This document shows, in pieces, positions 27,373 through 37,900 of a stretch of DNA of 64,000 bases (position 1 is the first letter of the stretch; each line of letters begins with the position of its first letter). Below the pieces are notes generated by a model. That model did no database searches and was not told the origin of the DNA. It saw only the letters and a program-made list of their open reading frames with translations. Source of the DNA: a virus. The translations under genes were made by a program, and so were the position numbers. Location of the stretch: IMG/VR virus record IMGVR_UViG_3300037511_000475. One strand, given 5' to 3'.

Positions 27373-28275
27373 ATGAAGATCACTTCTAACCCGTTTGCTT
27401 TACCTGAAGTTCCTGTGCATCTGCTAACTGGGCCATTGGGAAAAGTCTGGTTTTTGCGTCGTGGCTTTGTCGAGCCTGCCTTGGTAAATGAGATGATTCA
27501 ATCTCAGCAGGGACGGCAGTTGGAGCTATCTTTGCTGATGTTGGATGCCTCTGAAGCACTCGCAAAAGCCAAGAGCATAAGTGATGAAGAAGCGCGCAAT
27601 ATGTTCGCACCTCAACAGATGGCGGATGGCAGCTTTGTTGAAGCGCAAGCAAATCCAATTGATTACCTCACTCGCGAACAACGGAAGCAGTATCTAGAAT
27701 TAGCTAATTCCGGTACAAATAACTTGCAGATCCAGGTAGCTACAGCCCTGATCCAGACCCGGATTATGTTTGCGTTGGAGTTGGCAGAGGATGCGGCGAT
27801 CGCCTCCGAGAAAATCAAAGTTAAGCGTAAATGGTTTAGCCCTGAAGTTGGGCAGAAGTACCAAACAGCAGACGGCGTAAGCGTAGAGATCAAGGGCATT
27901 ATTTCCGCTAATGAGTTCAAAGTTAAGCCATTGGCATCGGCATTGGCAGCGGATGACAGCATTTTCCTGATGGAGGATGCAGAGAGCTATAAGGTTGGAA
28001 TGGAAGGCTGGAAGGAGGCGGATACAAATCGCTTCTTAGGTTTGCAGTCAGGCCAGAACCAAGCACAAATTCCTGTTTTGTATCAGTTCTTTCTGGAAGA
28101 GCGATCGGCTGCGTCTGAAGAGGAAACGGAGGGAAACGAGATCCCAGAGATTTCAGAGACAGCAAGCCAAAGCCAATTGACTGGGAAAGCATCTATTACA
28201 GACTCCAGTTCCTTGGATGCAGAGATTCAAGACTTACCGATTATCGAAGCTATCGAAGAACCGATACCCGTTTAA
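27373..28275 (+). CDS. tail assembly chaperone (gpG-like)
   Basis: Upstream of tape measure; acidic tail; contains slippery heptamer. Confidence 0.75.
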   Translation: MKITSNPFALPEVPVHLLTGPLGKVWFLRRGFVEPALVNEMIQSQQGRQLELSLLMLDASEALAKAKSISDEEARNMFAPQQMADGSFVEAQANPIDYLTREQRKQYLELANSGTNNLQIQVATALIQTRIMFALELAEDAAIASEKIKVKRKWFSPEVGQKYQTADGVSVEIKGIISANEFKVKPLASALAADDSIFLMEDAESYKVGMEGWKEADTNRFLGLQSGQNQAQIPVLYQFFLEERSAASEEETEGNEIPEISETASQSQLTGKASITDSSSLDAEIQDLPIIEAIEEPIPV

Positions 28276-28571
28276 TCTTGAGGGCATTGGTGCAACTGGA
28301 AGAGGCGGAACGCGATCGCATCAATGCCCAATCTCGCACCCAGGCGCACGGATGGTCTGCCCTCTTCAGTTCCGGAATTTTCAAGGCGGAAACTGAACCA
28401 TCACGTTGGTTGCCATTCCCGCCAAAAGATAGCAAGTCTGAAAGGATGTCACCTCGCACAACGGCAGCATTTAAGCGGTTAATGAGCAAAGGACTTATTT
28501 CTAATCAGATGGTGTTGGCTGCTGCGATGTCAATCAATTTTGAACTAATACCTAAAGACGAGGAAATATAG
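28119..28571 (+). CDS. gpT-like frameshift extension of the chaperone
   Basis: -1 frame reads GKRDPRDFRDSKPKPIDWESIYYRLQFLGCRDSRLTDYRSYRRTDTRLILRALVQLEE... Confidence 0.75.
   Translation, partial: RGNGGKRDPRDFRDSKPKPIDWESIYYRLQFLGCRDSRLTDYRSYRRTDTRLILRALVQLEEAERDRINAQSRTQAHGWSALFSSGIFKAETEPSRWLPFPPKDSKSERMSPRTTAAFKRLMSKGLISNQMVLAAAMSINFELIPKDEEI
28131..28137 (+). other. programmed -1 ribosomal frameshift site
   Basis: G GGA AAC in the gpG zero frame; -1 frame open from 28119 to 28571. Confidence 0.85.
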
Positions 28572-28584
28572 GAGGCGATCGCCC

Positions 28585-28785
28585 ATGAGCATCTTGACTG
28601 CAACTAGCAATGAATCAGAAGACGAATATGAACTAGTTGACTCGTATGACTACGGCAACCGCATAGTGCAGCGAATCTTGGTCTGCACGTATCTAGATGA
28701 AGACGGCAAAGAATGTGCTGAATACATTGAAGCTGAAGCTATTCCAGTCACAAAGGTAAAAAGATTGAAGCTCGATCGCCCCTAA
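28585..28785 (+). CDS. small acidic hypothetical protein
   Basis: 66-aa ORF followed by terminator. Confidence 0.55.
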   Translation: MSILTATSNESEDEYELVDSYDYGNRIVQRILVCTYLDEDGKECAEYIEAEAIPVTKVKRLKLDRP

Positions 28786-28808
28786 TTCATTTTTCAGTGT
28801 GAGTGATG

Positions 28809-28837
28809 GAGGTGTGTAAAACACACCTCTTTTTTTG
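28809..28837 (+). terminator. intrinsic terminator before tape measure gene
   Basis: GAGGTGTGT-AAA-ACACACCTC-TTTTTTT. Confidence 0.85.
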
Positions 28838-28843
28838 TGCTTG

Positions 28844-28855
28844 AAAAACTCACGG
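28844..28855 (+). promoter_or_regulatory. candidate late-promoter motif B
   Basis: AAAAACTCACGG(ATT) right after the terminator, before tape measure ATG. Confidence 0.7.
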
Positions 28856-28920
28856 ATTCTTGTTTTGCAGGCATTCCAGCAGATTAGATTGGTGATGAAG
28901 CAATTGCGCGATCGCCTACC

Positions 28921-31900
28921 ATGCCGACCATTTTAGATACTTTGCTGTTAGAGGTTGACCTCGACCCTTCACGTTACGCCGCAAAGATTGGTCAACTTAG
29001 AACTGATGCCATGGCATCGGCTAAAGAGGTTGAGAGCGTATTTAAGAGCGTCAACGCAACACTATCGGCGAAGGTAGACGATCGCGCACTGACTGCCCTA
29101 AACAAGCACTTAGACCTAAAACAGGCGCACTTTGCCCAGGTACGGCGTGATTTTCAACAAAACCCGTTGAAGCCAAGGGTGGATTTCAAGGATTTAGACA
29201 ACCTTGAACGGCGATTAAACCGTCTCAAAAGCGGTTCCTTCAACGTAAATATCTCTGCATCCGGTGGCACTTCGTCCGGTTCTCATCAGCAAATGGCGGA
29301 TGCGATCGGGCGCGCGGTTGCTAAACATTCCCGCCCTTCTACTGTTTCGCGTATCGTGGGTGGAGTTGCAAATGCTGCAACAGCACCTATTCGTGCTGCC
29401 CTGGCTATCCCCTCGCAGGTCATCAGCCAATCTGCACAAGGGATTGCCTTTGGTGTAGCCAATGAGGTTTCTAAGAATCTTGGGAAAGGTTTATCTACTG
29501 CACTTGAATCAGCCGTTTCACGTTCATTCGGTAGCACTGAGCTAATTGGTGAAAAGCTGGGTGGTGCAGTTGGTGCAGCGGTTGTTGACGCTTTTGGCGA
29601 TCGCATTAAAAGCATCCCAGATTTACTTGAAAAAGCGATCGATCGCATCCAATCCCCAAAGAAACGTGCTGAACTCAAAAAAATGCTGGCAACCATCCAG
29701 GAAGTTCCTGGGGTTGTGCGTAAGCAGGCAGTTGACACCTTGGGGGGTGAAGCCGCTGTAGCTCAGGAAGGGATGGCTGTACGGCAATCCCAGCGCAAGC
29801 GCAAGCAAGCCAAAAAGCCAGCAACGCAAGAGGGTGCGGCAACTGAATGGCGCGATGCCCTATGGAATCGTGATTTAGTAAACGCTGAAGCAGGCGATCG
29901 CCGTACCGCCAACGACAAACAACGCGCCATCCTCCAACGGCAGGGACAAGAGGCACAAAAGGCCTTTGCCGACTTAAACAAACAACTTGAAGAGGCGAAA
30001 GCAACAGGCGACAAAGAGTTAGAGGCTGAAACCAATAAGGCGATCGCCCAGGTATCAGCGATCGCCATGGGTACAGTTGAGGCGATCGAGCAACTTGAAA
30101 AGCTAGACACGGAGATAGCTAAGGAAAGTCAAAAAGCTGATGAACGCGTGAAACAGGCATACGCCCGCTATCAAAGCGTTATGCCACGGCAACGCCCAAA
30201 ATCTTATGAAGATTTATTCAGCCAAGCGACGAAAGGTGCTGTCAGTCAAGAAAAGATGCCAGTGCTGCGAGTAGCTGATACCAAACTTAAAAAGATTGGT
30301 GCAAAGGCGCAATATGATGTTGCCCGCAACGCAATCGAGGTTACGCGTGAAACCTATGATGCGATCGTTTCTGGTACTCTGACCAATGCACAACGTGAAA
30401 CCCTTCTAGAAGAGTTGAATCATGCTGTAGATTTTGACTTTGGCTCTTTCAAAGGAATGCAGGCGGCAAAATCAAGGCGCGTAGTGGGGAAACCTGTCAC
30501 ACCTACGGCTGAAGAGTTTGCAAAGCTTGCGCCTGAATTGGGTTTATACTCACCCGATCGCCGTGCCCTGGAATTAAACGCCAAAGTGAAGGCGATGCGC
30601 GATCTGGATGCTGTAAGCCAATCTTCGCGGCAAGCCAAAAACCTTGAGTTGGTGCCAGAAGTTGCTGTAAATAAGCTGAAAATAGAGCGGCAACGTAAAC
30701 TATTTGATGCTCAACTAGGTTGGCTGGATGAACAGGGAGCAGCTAAAGGAGTTGATGTTTCCGGCTTTGTTGGCAAGTATCGCGAATTGTTTGATGATCT
30801 TGACTCAAAGATCACGGGGCTGGTTAGTTCTGTCACTGAAGCCGGATTAGATGCGGATCCGGCAGAAGTTGAAGCCGCTATCAAAAAGATGGAGGCTTAT
30901 TGGAGCACCCTTGAGACTCTAAACACCAAACTTCAAGAGCGGATTAAGCTCACGGCTCAAGGCGTTGGGCCTAAGCCTGAGTCAGCATCGCTCGCTCGCA
31001 CTACACAGGCGATCGCTCAACAATCTGGCGAGGGCAAAACGGTCAGAGAGCGGGTTAATGATGTGGCCTACCAAGCAGGGGCGATCGCAGGCAATGCAGC
31101 GGGTGCAATGCGGTCTGTTATTGGCTCCCCTCAAGTGCAGGCGATCGGGAAATTTACTGTTGGAGTTTACAAAGCTTCAGAGGCGATCGAAAGTCTCGTT
31201 TTAGACCTGGTTCCTTTTGGACGGATTGCCAAGGGCACTATTAAAAATGTTGCCGCTCCAATGGCTATGTACGGGGCTGCAACCCATCTGTTACCCGGTG
31301 GTGCTGCATTGGGTGAAGCCATCACCCACACAGCGCAGATGGGGCTTACTCCTATCGGAAACATGGTTTCCGGCGGAATGATGGATGCTGCATCGGCAAC
31401 TATCAGTCACTTGCCCGGTGCATTTGGCATTCAGCAAGCTGTTTCCGGTGCTGTTAGTGCTGGAATTGAATCACTTACCCAGGCGGGTACAGCGGCGATC
31501 GCCTCTGTCGGTACTGCCCTCATCGGCGGAAAAGCGATGCAGAATGCTGCTGCGATGCCATTGAAGGCGATCGCCCCTGGTTCTGCGTTGCAACTTCAAT
31601 CTGCACAACAAAAAGCTTTGCCTGGTAGTAACGCAGCAGCAGCCCTGACGTTAACATCCCCTACAACACTGAATGAGGCAAAAACAAAAGCTGTAGAAGC
31701 CGCATATAAAGCCGGTCAGATGGCAGGAGAGGCGATCGCCAATGTCCAAGAACTAATCGATGCTGGTAACGCCCTGGTTGGCAATGTCTCAAGCGCTTAT
31801 GCCAACCTGAAAGATGCTATCAAAACCGCTGAAAAGGCGATGAAGACAGGCGATCAAGGGGCGATCGCCGAAACACAACGTAACGTAAAAGCGTACGAAG

Positions 31901-34900
31901 AAGCCTTCCAGGAAACAAAAGAACACGTCTTGGGGCGAATTAATGACCTACTAGAGTTCGCCCGTGATGCAGGCGAAGCACAGTTTGGAGCTAAGGGTTT
32001 AAGTGCTCTGGGTGGCATTAAAGGGCGAATCACCCAACAATTCAATCGCGCAGAACAGCAAACCCGCAAGTTCAAAAACAAGGCAGGCATTGCTGATGAT
32101 GCGATCGATGTACCGTCGGTAGCAGCACAACCGAAAGAAGTTAGGCCTGTTCCGGTAAACCTCCCAGAAGCACGCCCAATTGTTGATCTATCAACCGAGT
32201 ATGAAGCATTAGGTGAAGACCTTTGGGCACAGAAGTTAAGCCTGGAAAGCTTTGGTGATGCCCTCGACAAGGCTCGACAAGGCTTAGAAGATTTCCTGGC
32301 TACCACCTACGACGTGGAAGCACAGGGTAGCGTCATGGGTACCGCAAAGGCTGCGCTGCAAACACCCAAGGCCAGAGAGCAGATTAAGGATTTAGCAGTC
32401 AATGCGGGCGGCATGGCGGCATCTGCTGCAATGGGGCATCAAGGAAATCTGGCAGGCATCGCAGGCGACATTAGCGGCGCACTCATCACCCGGCAGTTAA
32501 TCGAATTAGGAATTGCACTCAAAAAAGCCAAGCAAAACTTAGATCAAAGTCTTGCCAGTGGCGATATGAGCGGGCTTGACAAGTTCAAACTGCTCATGAC
32601 CTCTCTCAACAATGAACTACAAAGTAAAGCATTTGAATTAAACCAAAAGGATGCAATCTTTGGCGATATTACAGGCTTTGCCGTCGGTAATGCCGCTGCC
32701 CAACTCCCCAATGTTTTACAGGCGGCAGGGGTGCCCGGTGCAGGTGCTGTTGGTAAATTGCCAGTGGGGGCGATCGCCGCTTCACTCTCTGTTGATTCCC
32801 TCCGCAAACTGCGTGATCAAATAGCGGATGCTGTATCCCAGGGTGCATCAGAGGGATTAGATGAGTCATTGGGTGAAGATCTTGCAGCCCAAAGCCTTGA
32901 TCTCAGCAAGAGAGGGCTTAAGCCTCGCAGGGGCATGAATGATGCTGAGAAGGCATACTACCAGGATCTGATCCGGGTAATTGATGATGCGATCGCTAAG
33001 GCTGATCAGTTCGATAAAGCCTACGCAGCAGCCGATCCACAGGTACAACAACGACTGGACGAAAGCCGCAAAAAGCTACAGGCGCAAATAGATCCCGACC
33101 CACAGGGCATCATTCAGCAAGTTCAATCAACAATCGAAGAATATGAAAAAGTAATTGCTGAGCTAGAAGCAGGCTACAACGAACGAATTAATAAATCTCA
33201 GGAAAAAGTAGCTGAAGATCTAGAGTATCGGAAAGCCTATGCTGAATTGATGGGCAAAGATCCAGACTTGGGGGCGATCGAAGCACCTCCAATGCCCAAA
33301 GAAAATAAGTTCTTTGAAGCGCTCAAGGGTGACATCGGGGAAATTATTAAAGGCACCAAAAGCCTTGGCAGTGCGTTAACTGGGTTGATTCCTGCTGCTG
33401 CTGGATTGGGGGCGATCGTTGCTTTCGGGCCTCAGCTCTGGGATCTAGGAAAAAGTTCTATTGAAGCTGCAATGGATATGCAGCAACTAGAGCGAACAGT
33501 AATGTTTGCCTCTGGCTCATTCCAGCAAGGGCAAAAGAATTTGGCAATGTTGCGCGACGAAGCCAACCGTTTAGGGGTAGACCTTAAAAACTCAATGGAG
33601 GGCTTTGCGGGGTTCGCCAATGCTACGAGAGGAACATCCTTAGAAGGCGCAGCAACTGAGCAGATCAACAAAGCCATCCAGGAAGGTGCAGCAATTAGCC
33701 AATTAACCGGGCAACAAACCGATCGCCTCTACAAGGTATTCAGAGACATCGCAGGTAAAGGACAGGTTTACTCTGAAGAATTGGTAGGCCAATTGGCTGA
33801 AGTTGGTGGCGTGTTCTCCGGTGGCTTACAGATTGCCGCCAGATCCTACGGCATCAACTCACAGCAACTCCGCAAACGAATGAGTAGAGGTGAAATTAAA
33901 TCTGAAGACTTCCTGCCTCGTTTCGCACAACAATTGAGCGCTGAAACCGCTACCAGTGTTGAAAGTTCTGCAAACTCTGCACAGGCATCTGTAAACCGCC
34001 TCAATAATGCGATCTTTGAGTTGCAAGCCGCGATCGGTAAACAGCTTCTGCCAGTGCGGAATATGGGCCTGGATATGCTCACAAAGGCATTGCAGGCAAC
34101 AATGGTTGTCTTGCCTCCTTTTATTCAGTTGCTAAGTTCAGCGGCGATCGCAGCTATAACACGCTATGCCGCTGCACTGGTAACAGCAGGCGGTGCCAAG
34201 ATGGGCTTTGTCACAATCACAAAGCTAGCCGGAGTCGCGATAAAATCCTTTATTGGCTTGATGAAGTCATCAGCACTTAGCACAGCAGGTTTAACAGTTG
34301 GTTTGTTTGGGGCGATCGAGTTATTCAAGCTATTTAAATCAGTACAGGAAGATGCGGGTGGAGCCGCAAAAGATTTTGCAGAACAATCGCGTAAGAGCTT
34401 AGAAGAATACTTACGATTGACTGGACAGGCGATCGACAAAACTAAAGAATTAGCTGATGCACAGCGTAATAATGCACCTTCTGCATCTGAAGGGGGCATT
34501 CTGGGGACACTTGCCCAAAGTATCTTCGGTGATGCAGGTACGCAGTTTTTACGTAACGCCGAAACTGGGATTCAACGCCGACTAGGGCTAAGCACACTGG
34601 CTGATAAAAAGGCTAGTGACGTACTTGTAAACAGCCGTGAAGGGCGATTCAACACGGATCAGCTATTGGGTCAAGCCCAACAGATGTTTGGGCGTGGCGG
34701 GAATGCCCAGGGGCAATTGCGACAATTAATGGACATTGATGCACGTATCCAGCAGGAACGCGATCGCCGCGCAACAATTGACCCTGGCAATGAATCTGAT
34801 GTGCGGGCATCGCAAGCAAGAGAGCAAGAATTGCTGGCAGCCAGAGAAGAAGCGGTTAAGGCGGTCGCTCTGTTGCAGAAGTCCTTTGCTGAAAGGGTTG

Positions 34901-37900
34901 AATCTATCAAGGCTGCACAAGATCGCATCCAGCAAGCATTGGACGAAGGCAACCTTACCCCTGAAGATACGGCAGCGTTACGCACCGAATATGATCAGTT
35001 GGGGCGTCAACTTGAAGATGTTAAGACCATGCAGGATCGTTTTAATAAAGCGATGTCGCAGGGTCTGCAAATAAACCAACAACTTCAACGTTCTTTTGAC
35101 AAGATTGCCGACAGTATCAGTGATGCTAACCAGGCATTAAGCATCCAAGAGGCAAAATCTAGACAAACCCTTGCAAATCTACAAACCACAACGAATCTGA
35201 CTCCAGGGCAGTTGCAGGGGATGCAGAATACCAACGCCATCCAAGGATCCGTAAACCGGATAGCAGTCAACCAACAGGCGAGATCCGGTCTTCAATCGCT
35301 TTACGATTCACCCGCAATCCAGGAAGCATTATCAGCGGCGGGGCTAAGCTCTGATAGTGGTGTTGCCGAGATTCGCCGCAGGATTGACAGCATCGGTGAA
35401 AGCCTAACTACTGAAACACGCGATCGCCTCACCATGGCAGCAGATGCCAGAGAGCGGATGCAACAGCTTGACTTAGAAACGGCAGGCATGGCTGCTGATA
35501 TTGCCGAGACGCAAGCGCAAGCGGCACAAGCCATGAGGGACTTGAACAAGGAGATCAAGGATTACCTGAAAGAGGTACAACGTGCAGCCGAAGACCTTGC
35601 ACAAACGACTAAGAGAACCAATTTTCAGGTTGCCATACAAGATGCCAAGTCTAGAATAAGTACGGCATTGGGCGACTACAGCGATAATTTCTTCAGCGGA
35701 ATTATTGACGCGCTTGATCAAGCATTGCAGGCAATCTTTAAAATTCCTCAAAACTGGCTTGATTTAACTGAGCAAATTACACAAATCAATCGCACATTCC
35801 AAGATGGGCAACAAAACCTATCTAATCTACAAGGGCAGGCAATCCCGCAAGGCACAATAACAACACCGGGCGATGCCAATAGCGGCTCTGGCGGTGGCTT
35901 CTTCTCCCCGCTAAGAGGGCGCAGCGTACAGGAATTAGTTAACTATCAAGAATCGGAAGATCAGGGCTGGCGTGCCACAAGACATCGCCGAAGCGGAGTT
36001 GGGGTTCATGGCGGAATTGATTTTGGCAGGAATATTGGTGGGGTACCTGGCGCCGAAGTTGTTGCCATGGAATCAGGAAACGCAACTATCCGCCAAATTG
36101 CTACCGCTGAAGGTACGGGCGAAGGATCGATGCAGATACGAATTGAGTTTGTTGATGAACAAGGCCGTCCGATCACCCTTGAGTATAATCACCTAGCCGA
36201 GTCTGCCGTAAGACAGGCTTTAGGGAGAACTAGCGGTACTGTGCCAGTTAACGCAGGTCAGGTAATCGGAAGAATTGGGCAGGACGACACAATTTCATCA
36301 GGCGCACACCTTGACACCAAGATCAGAATCAATGGTGAGTTTGTGGATCCACAGCAGTACATACAAGCGCGTGGCGGATCGGGTGGGATGGTTACAACCT
36401 TGTCGGGTCGCCAGGTTCGTGTAAATGCCGCTGGTGGCGCACAACTCACACCACAACCGACGCGATCGCCTGCGTCAGCGCCAACAGGACAGCAATACCG
36501 TCCACGCGCAGGTACAGCCAGAACAGCCGAAAGTGTACAGCGTGACCCAGCAGGTGCAGCAGCAATTGTTGCATCCGCACAACGCCTGCAACTCGATCCC
36601 GTGCAACTTGCGGCGTTAATGAGTTGGGAAAGTGCTGGCACCTTAAACCCTAACGTTATGGGTGGTGATGGCGGTCAGTATAGAGGATTGATTCAATTCA
36701 GCCCTAGCAACCAACGGCAATACGGCATTAACGGCAATATGTCGATCGCTGAACAGATGCCAGCGGTTGAGCGCTATCTACTGGATCGTGGCTTTGTTCC
36801 AGGACAAATGGACATTCGCGGAGCTTACTCCGCTGTACTTGCGGGAAATGCCAATCAACGTTATTGGAATAGAACAGATAGCAACGGAACATCAGTAAAC
36901 AATGCCGCTGGTAGATTCCGGAGTGGGGAGCATTACGATCGTGCTGCACGTTTCCTGCAAAACAGCAACGTTGATCCTAGAAACCCAGGGGCGATCGCCT
37001 CTACGTCTTCCAGTACGGGCACGGGTGTCCCTGGGGCTCAGCTTCTCCCTGGTGTCCCACTAGACACAACCTCACTTAATGCAAGTAGCGAAGGTTTGAG
37101 GGCTAATGCACAGGCTGCAAGTGCCAACGCTTACGCTAATTTCAACTCCAATAACCGGGCGGCTGTAGCTGAAGCCGTTGGAATATTGGATCGTGTCAGC
37201 ACACAGATCCGGCAAAACAGCCGAAGTCAAGCCGATGCAGTAAGGCAGGCACAGCAGGCCGTTGACGATGCATTTGCTGAAGGTCGTGCCGACACCAGCG
37301 AGAACCGCTATCAAGAAGCATTACGCCGCGTCACCCAGGAAGAATCGCAACGGGCAACCGAGCTAAGCCGAAACATTGAAGACTCAACGCGATCGCTCGA
37401 GCAGTTGCGCTTAAATCGTAGCTTGATGCAGGAAGAGCTGAATAAGGCTCAACAACTGGTTGCTGACAACCCAGCGCTTCGCGAGCAGATGGCTCCTGCT
37501 ATTCAGAAGTTTAATGAGACATTGTCGGAGATTGACGGGTTAATCGCAGAGACAGAAACCAATATTGGCAAGTTACAGGAAGCCGCAGATCAAGCACCAA
37601 TTGCTTCCATGGCTAAGCGCAAGAAACTGTACAACGATCGCCAACGTGAGATCGCCAACGAACGTTTCGCCCAAAGTTCTCGACTAATCCAAGGTGACAT
37701 GGGGATTACCCAGGCGGCGATCGAAGGGATGCAGATTAGAGGTGAAGAGGTTCGCCCTGCACAGCGAGGCTTGCAAGCTCAGCAGATTATGTTTGATTAC
37801 CGCAGTCAAATTAGAGACATTGACAACATGGAAGCGTCAATGGAGATAACAGCGGAAACGGCGGCGAAGCTGAGAGAGCAGTTAGGGCAGTTGCGCGATG

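Noticed and set aside
28183-28189. GGGAAAG, the lambda slippery heptamer
   Set aside because: It is read GGG AAA G in the gpG frame, the wrong phase for a -1 slip; G GGA AAC at 28131 is in phase
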